Shown in pieces: positions 27,122 through 37,174 of a DNA stretch of 62,498 bases. Below the pieces are notes generated by a model. That model ran no database searches. It was not told the origin of the DNA and worked only from the letters and a program-made list of their open reading frames with translations. This stretch comes from Chthoniobacter sp. (lineage in GTDB: Bacteria > Verrucomicrobiota > Verrucomicrobiia > Chthoniobacterales > Chthoniobacteraceae), in contig JAQGOK010000166.1 in the NCBI GenBank assembly GCA_028293645.1, forward strand, positions 1 through 62,498, written 5' to 3'. The stretch's first letter is position 1; every line of letters begins with the position of its first letter. The position numbers and the translations under genes were made by a program.

Positions 27122-27507
27122 CACGCAGCGTCCGCCGCAGCGGTGACTTCGATTTCGACCTGCGACCCACGCGGGAGACCCGCGACCTGAATGGTCGAGC
27201 GAGCCGGGTAAGGCTCCGTGAAGTAACGGGCATACACAGTGTTCATGGCGCCGAAGTTCGCCAGATCCGTGAGGAAGACGGTCGTTTTCACCACGTTCGC
27301 GAAGGTCATCCCGTTCGCCTTCAACACCGCCGAAATGTTCTGGCAGACTCGCTCCGTCTGGGAGGTGACGTCGCCCTCCACGAGTTCGTTGGTTTGTGGG
27401 TCGAGCGGGATTTGCCCAGCACAAAACAGGAGGTTCCCCACCGCGATCGCTTGCGAGTAAGGGCCCACCGCAACAGGAGCTTCGGCACTGGAAATAACCT
27501 TCTTCAT
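27121..27507 (-). CDS. ridA: RidA/YjgF enamine deaminase
   Basis: Motifs GPYSQA, GQIPLDP, VVKTTVFL, PARSTIQV..LP...VEIE. Confidence 0.95.
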   Translation of the reverse strand: MKKVISSAEAPVAVGPYSQAIAVGNLLFCAGQIPLDPQTNELVEGDVTSQTERVCQNISAVLKANGMTFANVVKTTVFLTDLANFGAMNTVYARYFTEPYPARSTIQVAGLPRGSQVEIEVTAAADAA

Positions 27508-27517
27508 GGAGCGGCGG

Positions 27518-27545
27518 AGGCTAGCGAGCCGCTCCGGGCTGTCAA
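27518..27545 (-). promoter_or_regulatory. Sigma70 promoter of ridA-pyrE
   Basis: TTGACA-16 nt-TAGCCT, ending 10 nt before the ATG. Confidence 0.65.
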
Positions 27546-27634
27546 ACTCCCAGAGCCACGGATCTCACGGCAATGCGGCGTTGGTTCGCGCCGCATTTCC
27601 TTCAGAGCTGCGCCCCGTGACGGAGCTTTTCTTT

Positions 27635-27663
27635 TTGACGCTCCGGCGATCCTCGCCTTTACT
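27635..27663 (+). promoter_or_regulatory. Putative promoter of tRNA-Ser
   Basis: TTGACG-17 nt-TTTACT. Confidence 0.55.
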
Positions 27664-27676
27664 GCGGCCCTGCTCA

Positions 27677-27767
27677 GGTGAGGTGGCTGAGTGGTCGAAA
27701 GCACCGCTTTGCTAAAGCGGCATACTCCAAAAGGGTATCGAGGGTTCAAATCCCTCCCTCACCGCCA
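27677..27767 (+). tRNA. tRNA-Ser (anticodon GCT)
   Basis: Acceptor stem GGTGAGG/CCTCACC-G-CCA; anticodon arm CCGCT-TTGCTAA-AGCGG; long variable arm; T-loop GGTTCAAATCC. Confidence 0.97.
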
Positions 27768-28261
27768 TTCTTCCCTACAAGGCAGACTTACGCCGGGCTC
27801 AAATGGTTGAGCTGCAGCGCTTATGCGGGGTGGTTCAGCGCATTGCCCGCCGGGCTCAATATCGAAAGGGAAGAGCGGAAGCGGGATGTCCCTGACGAAG
27901 ACGCCTTCAGCCGTAAGTTTTGCCAGCTTGGCCGCATAGGAGTCCTGATGCGAAAGCGTCACTGCAGACAGCGAGTCATCCGCATCATGATACGCGAGCA
28001 GTCGAAGTCCCGGTTTTCCATGCTGACCCGGAATTTACCGGCGGATCGTAAGTCTCCCTTTAAATTTCGAAGCTGTTACCCGAGCGCTTGCCGGAGGCTC
28101 GCGGACACCTCGCTTTCGTTCAGCCGCGCTTTCAGAAAGGCTGAGTCGCAAAAGACGACCGGCTTCCAAACGAACTCTCCGTTTTGCTCGCTTCCGGTTC
28201 TTGCATCGCGCGGGGTACCCGATAAGCCAGTGCGTGCATTCCCGCACATCTTCCTCCCTCC

Positions 28262-28969
28262 ATGAAACGACTCACCGCTCTCTTCGCTCTCCTGATTTCG
28301 GCTGTTCTCGCCCAAGCCGCCGATACCACGCTTTTCAACGGCAAAGACCTCACCGGTTGGGAGGGGAATTCGGAGCTTTGGAGCGTAAAGGACGGCACCA
28401 TCACCGGCGTGACCACCGCGGAGAAGCCGCTCAAGCACAACACGTTTTTGGTGTGGAAGGGCGGCACGGTTGGCGATTTCGACCTGACGGTGAAATACCG
28501 AATCGAGAAGGGCAACAGCGGCATTCAGTATCGGTCCAAGGTGGAAAAACCCGGCGAAATGGGGCCGATCATCAGCGGGTATCAGGCTGACTTTGAAGCC
28601 GGGAAGACTTACAGCGGGATCCTTTACGAGGAGCGTGGGCGCGGGATTCTCGCCAAGCGCGGCGAGAAGACGACGATCAAACCGGTGGAGAAAGATCCGG
28701 CGAATGCGAAGTCAACCGACTTCAAGGTCGAAGTCACCGGTGAAGTCGGCAAGTCCGACGAAATCCAGGCGTCGATCAAGAACGAGGATTGGAATGAGTA
28801 TCGAATCGTGGCGAAAGGGAATCGTCTGCAGCACTTCATCAACGGCAAACCGACGGTGGACGTGACCGACGAGACCACGGTCGGAGCGAAGGAAGGCGTG
28901 CTCGCGCTGCAGATTCACCAAGGACCGCCGATGGTGGTTCAGTTCAAAGACTTCGAGCTGAAGCGCTGA
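28262..28969 (+). CDS. DUF1080 (3-keto-disaccharide hydrolase-like) exported protein
   Basis: Motifs LFNGKDLTGW, NSGIQYRS, GYQADF, WNEYRI, LALQIH. Confidence 0.93.
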   Translation: MKRLTALFALLISAVLAQAADTTLFNGKDLTGWEGNSELWSVKDGTITGVTTAEKPLKHNTFLVWKGGTVGDFDLTVKYRIEKGNSGIQYRSKVEKPGEMGPIISGYQADFEAGKTYSGILYEERGRGILAKRGEKTTIKPVEKDPANAKSTDFKVEVTGEVGKSDEIQASIKNEDWNEYRIVAKGNRLQHFINGKPTVDVTDETTVGAKEGVLALQIHQGPPMVVQFKDFELKR

Positions 28970-28998
28970 CGGAGCCGCGCCGGCGGCGGAACGCCGTT

Positions 28999-30150
28999 CT
29001 AAGCAGCGGCGAGGCGGCGCAGCTTCGAGATGACCTTTGGCAGAATCTCGAGTGCGCGATCGACTTCATTGCGCGTGTTGAAGCGGCTGAACGAGAAGCG
29101 AAGACTGGCTCGCGCGCGTTCTTCGCTGAGGCCCATGGCTTTCAGCACGTGCGAGGCGTGGAGGCTGCCGGTGGTGCAGGCGGAGCCGCTGGAGCAACAG
29201 ATGCCGTGTTGATCGAGCAGCATGAGGGCGCCCTCCGAATCGACGCTTTCAAAGGAGAGATTCGAGGTGTTCGGCAGACGATGCTCGGAGTCGCCGTTGA
29301 CCTGCGCGCCTTCGATCTGCGCCAGCACGGTGCTCTCAAAATGGTCGCGCAACGCGCGGACCTCGCGCCCCTCCCGAGGTAGATACTCTCCGGCGATTTC
29401 GCAGGCTTTCCCGAGAGCTACGATGCTGGCGGCGTTCTCGGTTCCGGCGCGTTTGCCGCTTTCCTGGCCACCGCCGATCACGTAGGGCGCGAACTTGGTC
29501 CGGCGATTGACGTAGAGCGCGGCGACACCTTTTGGGCAGTGCAGCTTGTGACCGGAGAGCGAGAGGAAATTGATCTTCGCATCTGCCAGACGAAGCGGGA
29601 TCTTGCCGATCGCCTGGACCGCGTCCGTATGAAAGAGCGCGCCTTTGCGGCGGACGATGGCGGCGATTTCGTCGATGGGAAATAGCACGCCCGTTTCGTT
29701 GTTCGCCCACATCACGGTGACGATCGCCGTGTCATCGCGAATGGACTTTTCCAGCTCATCGAGATCGAGCTGACCCCGTTCATCAACCCCGAGCCAGGTG
29801 ATCTCGTGGCCACGTTTGGCGAGCGTCTCGCAGTGTTTCAACGTGGCGCTGTGTTCAACGCGCGTCGTGACGACGTGCTGCCGGTCGCGATCCATCTGCA
29901 ACGCGGAATTGATCGCTGCATTGGTCGATTCCGTGCCGCAACTCGTGAAGATGATCTCGCCCGGCTCACAGCCGAGCAACGCGGCGACCCGCTCGCGCGC
30001 CGTTTCGAGCGCTTTGCCGACTTTTTGACCAAAGCGATAGCCGCTGGACGGATTTCCGTAAAACTCCGTCAGATACGGCAACATCTCCTCGAGGACTGCC
30101 GGGTCCACGCGCGTGGTCGCATTGTTGTCGAGGTAGATCAGCTCGTTCAT
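28999..30150 (-). CDS. nifS: Cysteine desulfurase, NifS/IscS type
   Basis: Motifs IYLDNNATT, ANNETG, HTDAVQ, SGHK, SSGSACT. Confidence 0.95.
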   Translation of the reverse strand: MNELIYLDNNATTRVDPAVLEEMLPYLTEFYGNPSSGYRFGQKVGKALETARERVAALLGCEPGEIIFTSCGTESTNAAINSALQMDRDRQHVVTTRVEHSATLKHCETLAKRGHEITWLGVDERGQLDLDELEKSIRDDTAIVTVMWANNETGVLFPIDEIAAIVRRKGALFHTDAVQAIGKIPLRLADAKINFLSLSGHKLHCPKGVAALYVNRRTKFAPYVIGGGQESGKRAGTENAASIVALGKACEIAGEYLPREGREVRALRDHFESTVLAQIEGAQVNGDSEHRLPNTSNLSFESVDSEGALMLLDQHGICCSSGSACTTGSLHASHVLKAMGLSEERARASLRFSFSRFNTRNEVDRALEILPKVISKLRRLAAA

Positions 30151-30226
30151 GGCGGTGGCAAAAGGGCGCGCAGGCTATCGCAACGCGGGGAAGCGCGCCA
30201 ACGGAAGTTTGTGTCACCGCGACGCG

Positions 30227-31657
30227 TCACTTCACTGCGAGTTCATACACTTCCTCATAACGCTCCACGGAGCGACTCCAGGAAAAGTCGCAGGCCATTC
30301 CGCGCTGGAGCAGTTTCGCCCATTGCTCCGGTGCGCCGTAATAACCGAGCACGCGAACCATGGCGTCCCAGAGTGCTTCGGGCGAGTCATCATGGAAGAG
30401 CACGCCATTGCCGGTGTCGCTCGCCGAATCGTAATCCTGGATCATCTCGTAAAGCCCACCAGTGGCGTGGGCGAGTGGGACGGCGCCATACTTGAGCGCA
30501 TACATCGCGCTCAAGCCGCACGGTTCAAAATGCGACGGGATGAGGAAGACATCGGCACCGGCGTAGATGAGGTGGGCGAGCTTTTCATCCATGCTCCGGC
30601 GATAGGCAAAACGCTCCGGATGCCGCCGGCTGGCGATGCCGAGCTCGCGTTCGTAAGAAGTCTGGCCCTCGCCGAGTACGACCAGGCGGACATCGTTGGC
30701 GAGCAGACGATCGAGAAGCGGCACGAGCAGATCGATGCCCTTCTGCTGCGCGAGACGCGTGACCAACGCGAAGATGGGACCGCTCGGTTTCGGAGCGAGA
30801 CCGAGGCTTTTCAGTAGAGCCGTCCGAGAGGTCGTCTTCCCGCTCATCGCAGATGGCCCGAACTTCTTCGGCAGCAGTTTGTCGGTTTCCGGATTCCAGA
30901 CGCGGTAATCGGCGCCGTTGAGAATGCCGTGCAGCTTTTCTGCATGCTCGCGGATTACGGCATCCAGACCCGCACCAAACGCCGGTGTCTGGATCTCCTG
31001 CGCGTACCGCGCGCTGACGGTTGTGACCTGTGACGCGTAAAGAATTCCTGCCTTGAGCAGATTCATCCGACCGTAGAACTCAACGCCGCGAGCCGAGAAG
31101 TAGCTGCCCGGCAGGTTGGTCAGTCCGAAATCGGGAGCCCAGAAGCTGCCTTGATACGCCAGATTGTGGATCGTCAGCACGCTTCGAAACGGCAGCCGCT
31201 GCGCGGCAACGAGCACCGGCACGAGGGCAGTCTGCCAATCGTGGACGTGCGCGATATCGGGCGCGGGGCGGAGCCGGCGCGCGAGTTCCACCACGGCTTT
31301 GGAGAAGAAGATGAAGCGCTCCGCATTATCCTCAAAGTCGCGGCCTTCACTTCCATACAGACCAGAGCGCGCGAACAGCTCATCGCACCGCACCAGGAAA
31401 AGCTGCACCCCATATTCAGCCGTGCATTCCAGAATCTCAGCGATTCGCCGATGGTGACCGACCTCGATCGAGATCCGCACGCCAGTGGGCTGAGGCTTCA
31501 ACTCCGGCGCTTCCAGAAAAGCGGAATAGCACGGCACGACCAGGCTGACTTCGTGCCCCCGGGCCGCGAGAGCCGCAGGCAGCGCGTCGAGCACATCGCC
31601 GAGACCGCCGGTGCGTGCGAAAGGCGTCAATTCGCTGCCGGCGAGGAGGATCTTCAT
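30227..31657 (-). CDS. glgA: Glycogen synthase
   Basis: Motifs RTGGLGDV, HVHDWQ, TIHNLAYQG, PSHFEPCGL. Confidence 0.95.
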   Translation of the reverse strand: MKILLAGSELTPFARTGGLGDVLDALPAALAARGHEVSLVVPCYSAFLEAPELKPQPTGVRISIEVGHHRRIAEILECTAEYGVQLFLVRCDELFARSGLYGSEGRDFEDNAERFIFFSKAVVELARRLRPAPDIAHVHDWQTALVPVLVAAQRLPFRSVLTIHNLAYQGSFWAPDFGLTNLPGSYFSARGVEFYGRMNLLKAGILYASQVTTVSARYAQEIQTPAFGAGLDAVIREHAEKLHGILNGADYRVWNPETDKLLPKKFGPSAMSGKTTSRTALLKSLGLAPKPSGPIFALVTRLAQQKGIDLLVPLLDRLLANDVRLVVLGEGQTSYERELGIASRRHPERFAYRRSMDEKLAHLIYAGADVFLIPSHFEPCGLSAMYALKYGAVPLAHATGGLYEMIQDYDSASDTGNGVLFHDDSPEALWDAMVRVLGYYGAPEQWAKLLQRGMACDFSWSRSVERYEEVYELAVK

Positions 31658-31774
31658 GGCTCGGGGAATGGGGTGATATACAGCCGAAAGGTGCGGCAGT
31701 GAACTGAATGCCCGAATGCGCGGCAACTCTCATTCGATCGCGCGGCGGGCACGAACCGGAGGGGGAAAAGGCGC

Positions 31775-31802
31775 TTGTCACCCAACCGCCGGTTGTTACA
31801 TT
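31775..31802 (+). promoter_or_regulatory. Putative promoter of the PTS IIA-argS unit
   Basis: TTGTCA-16 nt-TACATT. Confidence 0.55.
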
Positions 31803-31838
31803 CGCCGCCACTTTTCTCCGAAGGACCACGCAACACGC

Positions 31839-32306
31839 ATGACGCTCGGCAATCTACTCTCGGTCCCTCAGATCCTCCCGGAAATGAGGGCCACGGAACG
31901 TTGGTCGGCGATCGTGGAACTCGTCGATCTGCTGGTGGCGAACGGATCGGTGCGCGAGGCGGATCGCGAGACGGTGCTCTCGGCTCTGCGGCAGCGCGAG
32001 GAAACGATGAGCACCGGGATCGGCTTCGGCATCGCGATCCCGCACGCCTCCTCGGATCGCGTGGATAAAGTCGTCGCGGCATTCGGGCGTTCGAGCACCG
32101 GGATCGAGTTCGATTCGCTCGATAATGCGCCGGTGAAGTTCATCGTCCTCTTCGTCGTACCGAAGGATCAATTTCAGACGCACCTCCGCACGCTCGCGGC
32201 GATCGCGAAGTTTTTGAACGATCGGGTGGTGCGGGAACGGCTCGGCACGGCGGTATCGGCGGAGGAAATCCTGTCGATCTTCGAGAACAATCCGGCGAAG
32301 GCGTAA
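31839..32306 (+). CDS. ptsN: PTS IIA (Ntr/fructose-type) protein
   Basis: RE..MSTGIGFGIAIPHA, FDSLD..PV, HLRTLA. Confidence 0.9.
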   Translation: MTLGNLLSVPQILPEMRATERWSAIVELVDLLVANGSVREADRETVLSALRQREETMSTGIGFGIAIPHASSDRVDKVVAAFGRSSTGIEFDSLDNAPVKFIVLFVVPKDQFQTHLRTLAAIAKFLNDRVVRERLGTAVSAEEILSIFENNPAKA

Positions 32307-32364
32307 GCCGCCCTTTCCCGCGCGAGTTAACCGGCCACTCGCCGGCCTCGCCGCACCCGTTCTC

Positions 32365-34140
32365 ATGACCATTTCGTCTCTTCTCACGCAGCGACTGCGC
32401 GCCGCCGTGGCCGATCTCGCGCCCGATGCGCAGCCGCAGGTCTCCGCCGCGTCGGACTCCCGCTTCGGCGACTACCAGACCAACGTGGCGATGGTGCTCG
32501 CGAAAGCGCTCCGCGGAAACCCGCGACAGCTCGCGCAACAGATCATCGGGAAGCTCGACGTCGCTGATTTGTGCGAAACGCCGGAGATCGCCGGTGCGGG
32601 TTTTATCAATCTGCGGCTCAGACCGGAGGCGGTTGCGGCGCGCTTTGCGGAACTCGCGAGCGATGAGCGGCTCGGCGTTCCAAGGCCGGAACGGGTAAAG
32701 ACGATCGTCGTGGACTTCAGCTCACCGAACGTCGCGAAGCCAATGCACGTCGGTCACATTCGCTCGACGATCCTCGGCGATGCGCTGGCGCGGATCGCGG
32801 AGTTCATCGGCCACCGAACGGTGCGGGACAACCACATTGGCGATTGGGGCAAGCAGTTCGGCATGCTGCTCGTCGGGTGGAAAACGATCCTCGATCAGGA
32901 TGCGCTCGCGCGTGACCCGATCGCGGAACTCGAGCGCGTTTACAAGACGATCAACGGCGCCATTCAGGACGAAAAAGCGGGTGCTCCCGGCGAGACTCCG
33001 ATGGGGCGTGCGGTGAGCGAGGAGCTGCTGAAGCTGCAATCTGGCGACGCGGAGAACCTCGGGATCTGGCGCGAGATGATCCGCCTTTCGCAGGCGCAGT
33101 TCGACTCCGTTTATGGGCAACTCGGCGTGCGCTTCGACTTCACGCACGGGGAGAGCTTTTACAATGAGTGGCTGGCCGCGGTGATCGCCAGCCTGCGCGA
33201 ACGTGACATCGCAACGGCGAGCGAAGGCGCGTTGTGCGTCTTCAGCGATCGTTCAGGCAAACCGGAGGACGATCCGTTCCTGATCAAGGATCAGGACGGT
33301 TGGCGCGACAATCCGGCGATGGTGCAGAAAAGCGACGGCGCGGCCAATTACACGACGACCGACCTCGCGACGCTGGAGTATCGGATGAAGACGTGGTCAC
33401 CGGACGAGATCGTCTATGTCACGGACGGACGGCAGCAGCTTCACTTTCGGCAGCTCTTCGCGGTGTTTCGCCGCTGGCATCCGGAGCTGGCGGGGAGCGT
33501 CCGACTGGCGCACGTCTGGTTCGGCTCAATCCTCGGCGCTGATGGGAAGCCGTTCAAAACCCGGACTGGCGAAACGATTCGGCTATCCGATCTGCTGGAC
33601 GAAGCCGAGGAACGCGCGCTGAAGTTGGTCTCGGAAAAGAATCCGGAACTGCCCGAGGAGGAGCGGCGAGAGATCGCGCGGATCGTCGGCCTGGGCGCGG
33701 TCAAATACGCGGATCTGCTGCCGAATCGGCAGAGCGACTACGTGTTCTCGTGGGACAAGATGCTGAGCTTCCAGGGGAACACCGCGCCTTACCTGCAATA
33801 CAGCTACGTGCGCATTCGCTCGATCTTTCGGAAGCTCGACGAACCATTCGCCACACCCGCTCGGATCGAACTGACCGAGGCTGCCGAACTCGGTCTGGCC
33901 AAAAAGCTATTCCACTTCGGCGATGTCCTGCCGCAGGTGCTCGACGACTACCGGCCAAATGTCCTTGCGAACTATCTGTTCGAACTCGCGAACACCTTTC
34001 ACAGCTTTTACGAAGCGTGTCCGGTGCTCAAAGCGGAAGGCGCCACGCGCGCAAATCGGCTCGCACTGTGTGAAGTGACGGGGCGCGTGCTCCAGCGCGG
34101 CTTGGGATTGCTCGGGATCGAAGCGCCGGAGCGGATGTAG
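32365..34140 (+). CDS. argS: Arginine--tRNA ligase
   Basis: FGDYQTN, DFSSPNVAKPMHVGHIRS, GNTAPYLQY, C-terminal ERM. Confidence 0.98.
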   Translation: MTISSLLTQRLRAAVADLAPDAQPQVSAASDSRFGDYQTNVAMVLAKALRGNPRQLAQQIIGKLDVADLCETPEIAGAGFINLRLRPEAVAARFAELASDERLGVPRPERVKTIVVDFSSPNVAKPMHVGHIRSTILGDALARIAEFIGHRTVRDNHIGDWGKQFGMLLVGWKTILDQDALARDPIAELERVYKTINGAIQDEKAGAPGETPMGRAVSEELLKLQSGDAENLGIWREMIRLSQAQFDSVYGQLGVRFDFTHGESFYNEWLAAVIASLRERDIATASEGALCVFSDRSGKPEDDPFLIKDQDGWRDNPAMVQKSDGAANYTTTDLATLEYRMKTWSPDEIVYVTDGRQQLHFRQLFAVFRRWHPELAGSVRLAHVWFGSILGADGKPFKTRTGETIRLSDLLDEAEERALKLVSEKNPELPEEERREIARIVGLGAVKYADLLPNRQSDYVFSWDKMLSFQGNTAPYLQYSYVRIRSIFRKLDEPFATPARIELTEAAELGLAKKLFHFGDVLPQVLDDYRPNVLANYLFELANTFHSFYEACPVLKAEGATRANRLALCEVTGRVLQRGLGLLGIEAPERM

Positions 34141-34154
34141 CGGGGCCGCCCGCT

Positions 34155-34760
34155 TCAGGCGAGATACGGATTCGTGCTGCGTTCGATGCCGATCTTCGTG
34201 GCAGGGCCATGACCTGGCAGCACCGTCACATCGTCCCCGAGCGGGAAGACCTTCGACTTGATGCCGCTGAAGAGCAGATCGCGATCGCCACCGGGCAAAT
34301 CCCAACGGCCCACGCCGCCGGCAAAGAGCACATCGCCGCCGAAGAGGACCCGTTCGACAGCTTCGAAAAAGCAGAGGCTGCCGTCGCAGTGACCCGGGAC
34401 GAGCAGCACCTGAAAATGGACGCCTTCAACGAGCTGCGACGGGGTCTCTGTGAGCAGCCAATCGGGTGTGATCGGCTCCACGTCCCACGCGAATCCGTAG
34501 TTCCGAAAGAAATCCGCCTGCGTGACCATCGGCTCCGTGTCGGCGTGGTAGGCGACGCGGCAACCATGGATGCGTTGGATCGCTGCCGCGTCCCAAACGT
34601 GATCGATATGCCCGTGGGTGAGGAGGAGTGTTTTGACCCGGTGTCCCTCGCGAGTCAGCCAGGCGGCAGCGTCTTGGGGCGCATCGATGAGAATGCCGGA
34701 TTCCGGTAGGAAGAAGCTGTTCGTGTCGAAGATGCCGCCGGTGAAGGTTTCGATCTGCAT
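34155..34760 (-). CDS. MBL-fold metallo-hydrolase (glyoxalase II-like)
   Basis: Motifs THGHIDH, PGH, GDVLF, PGHGP. Confidence 0.93.
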   Translation of the reverse strand: MQIETFTGGIFDTNSFFLPESGILIDAPQDAAAWLTREGHRVKTLLLTHGHIDHVWDAAAIQRIHGCRVAYHADTEPMVTQADFFRNYGFAWDVEPITPDWLLTETPSQLVEGVHFQVLLVPGHCDGSLCFFEAVERVLFGGDVLFAGGVGRWDLPGGDRDLLFSGIKSKVFPLGDDVTVLPGHGPATKIGIERSTNPYLA

Positions 34761-34996
34761 GAGTGGGCAAGGATTGAACGGTGCGGAGCGAGGAGCGGTC
34801 AGGCACAGAACGCAACGTCAGGCGTGATCGCTCAGGTTCTTTTCTGTGGGCCTCGCATCTCCTTTGGCAACCGTTTCCGACCAGCATGCGAATTCATATG
34901 AACGTCTCTGATAAAGAACCGCACGCGCGGTTTGCTCTTTCAAACCTTTCTGCCAGTGTGACCCACCTTTCGCCCCAAAAGACCCTCACCACCTCG

Positions 34997-37174
34997 ATGA
35001 AACTGCTGCGTTTCTCCTGCCTCTCACTCGCGCTCCTTTCGACCTGCACCTTCCCCAGCCAGGCGGCTGAAGAGCCCGACCCCGGGCAGATCGAGATATC
35101 TGTGGGGCGCTTGCTCGAGCGAGCGCATTACAGCCGGCGCAAGCTCGACAACAAAGTCTCTCAGCAACTGCTGAAGAACTACCTCGAAGCGCTCGATTAC
35201 AACCGGCTCTATTTCACGCAAAAGGACGTCGATCAGTTGACGGCGAAATACGGTGACTCGCTGGATGACGACATCCTTCTCGGGAATCCGGCGCCGGCGT
35301 TCACGATTTTCAAACTCTACAAACAGCGGGTTGAAGATCGTACAGCGAAGGTCAAAGAGCTGCTCCAGCAGAAGTTTGAGTTCACCAGCGACAAGATGGT
35401 GGAGATCAACCGACAGAAGGCGGCGCCGCCGAAAGACGAGGCTGAGGCAGACCAACTCTGGCGTGATCGCGTCGAGGGTGAGGTTCTGCAGGAGACTCTC
35501 AACAAGCTCGAAAAGGAGCCGGTGAAGCGCATCACAAAGCGTTACGATCAGATGCTCCGTAATCTCCGGGAAGTTACGGAAGAGGACATGATCAAGGGCT
35601 TCCTCACCACCTTGACGCAGGTCTATGACCCGCACTCCGAGTACATGAGCCGCTCGGAACTCGAGAACTTCGAGATCAACATGCGCCTGTCGCTGGTCGG
35701 CATCGGAGCTGTGCTGCAAAGCGAAGAAGGCTACGCGAAGATTAAAGAACTCGTGATCGGCGGGCCTGCTTCGAAAGACGGGCGCTTGAAGGTGGGCGAC
35801 CGAGTGACGGCGGTTGGCCAGGGCGACAAGGAGTTCGTCGATACGGTCGATATGAAACTCGACAAGGTCGTTGAGATGATCCGCGGCAAAAAGGACACCA
35901 CCGTTCGGCTCCAGGTGATCCCGCAAACCGCGACTGATCCCTCCGAACGCAAAGTCATCGAGATCAAACGGGACGAGATCAAGCTGAAGGAGCAGGAAGC
36001 GAAAGCGGAAATCATCGAGCGCGCGGCTCCTGACGGGTCCATTCAGCGCCTCGGCTGGATTGTTCTGCCTTCGTTTTATGCCGACATGGCGCACAGCGGC
36101 GCCGCCAATGCGAAGAGCACGACCAAAGATGTTCTCGCGCTGATTAATCGTTTGAAACAGGAGAACGTCTCCGGCTTGGTGATGGACTTGCGTCGCAACG
36201 GTGGTGGTTCCTTGGAAGAAGCGGTGAATCTCACCGGCCTGTTCATCAAAAAAGGCCCGGTCGTCCAAGCCGTCGATAGCAACGGCGATCCGCACGTTTC
36301 CAAAGATCGCGACGCCTCGATCGCTTGGGACGGTCCGCTGGTGGTGCTCTGCAACCGCTTAAGCGCATCGGCGAGCGAAATTTTTGCCGCAGCAATGCAG
36401 GACTACAACCGCGCCGTGGTGGTGGGAGACCAGAACACATTCGGCAAAGGCACCGTGCAGACGATGCTGGAAATCGGCAGGATCATGCCGTTTCTCGGCA
36501 GCGGGAACAACCGAGCGGGTGCGTTGAAGCTGACCATCCAGAAGTTCTATCGGGTCGCTGGAGGCAGCACTCAGTTGCGGGGCGTCGAGAGCGACGTGAA
36601 ACTGCCGTCACCTTACGATCATCCCGAGATTGGCGAGGCATCGCTGAAAGGACCGCTGCCTTACGACACCGTCGAGGCTGTGGCTCACGAGAAATTGGAC
36701 AAAGCGTTGTTCAAAGCGGAACTGAAGGCCCGCTCCGCAGTTCGGGTGGCCGCCGATGCGGAGTTTGGCTACATCAGCGAAGACCTGGCGCGTGTGAAGG
36801 AGCGTCTCGCGGAGAACCGGATTTCGCTCAATGAGAAGGCGCGCCGCGCGGAACTGGAGGAAGACAAGGCGCGCAAGGAGCGCCGGATCGCCGAACGAGC
36901 GCAGGCCAAACTCCCCGAGCAGAAGGTCTTCTCGCTGACTCTCGAGAATCTTTCCAAGCCGGAGCTTCAGTTGGCCGTGGAAGGCAAACCGGGTACTGCG
37001 ACTGCCGACGCGAACAGCAGCGGTCTGGAGACAGACGATGAAGGAGAGGACGAACTCGCCGCGAAGCTTCCAGGTGTGGACCCGCTCAAAGCGGAGACTT
37101 ACAACATCCTCAACGATCTGATCGATCTCCAGCGTGGCGGTGCGAAGTCCACCACCGCGAGCGCGGCAAAATAG
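34997..37174 (+). CDS. prc: Carboxy-terminal processing (tail-specific) protease, S41
   Basis: Signal peptide; DPHSEY; PDZ GIGAVL; DLRRNGGG; SASASEI; TFGKGTVQ. Confidence 0.95.
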   Translation: MKLLRFSCLSLALLSTCTFPSQAAEEPDPGQIEISVGRLLERAHYSRRKLDNKVSQQLLKNYLEALDYNRLYFTQKDVDQLTAKYGDSLDDDILLGNPAPAFTIFKLYKQRVEDRTAKVKELLQQKFEFTSDKMVEINRQKAAPPKDEAEADQLWRDRVEGEVLQETLNKLEKEPVKRITKRYDQMLRNLREVTEEDMIKGFLTTLTQVYDPHSEYMSRSELENFEINMRLSLVGIGAVLQSEEGYAKIKELVIGGPASKDGRLKVGDRVTAVGQGDKEFVDTVDMKLDKVVEMIRGKKDTTVRLQVIPQTATDPSERKVIEIKRDEIKLKEQEAKAEIIERAAPDGSIQRLGWIVLPSFYADMAHSGAANAKSTTKDVLALINRLKQENVSGLVMDLRRNGGGSLEEAVNLTGLFIKKGPVVQAVDSNGDPHVSKDRDASIAWDGPLVVLCNRLSASASEIFAAAMQDYNRAVVVGDQNTFGKGTVQTMLEIGRIMPFLGSGNNRAGALKLTIQKFYRVAGGSTQLRGVESDVKLPSPYDHPEIGEASLKGPLPYDTVEAVAHEKLDKALFKAELKARSAVRVAADAEFGYISEDLARVKERLAENRISLNEKARRAELEEDKARKERRIAERAQAKLPEQKVFSLTLENLSKPELQLAVEGKPGTATADANSSGLETDDEGEDELAAKLPGVDPLKAETYNILNDLIDLQRGGAKSTTASAAK

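Noticed and set aside
27677-28969. Prophage or genomic island at tRNA-Ser
   Set aside because: No integrase and no duplicated tRNA 3' end seen; the downstream genes are ordinary
28999-30150. Nitrogen fixation inferred from nifS
   Set aside because: No other nif genes in the window; NifS-type desulfurases are general housekeeping enzymes
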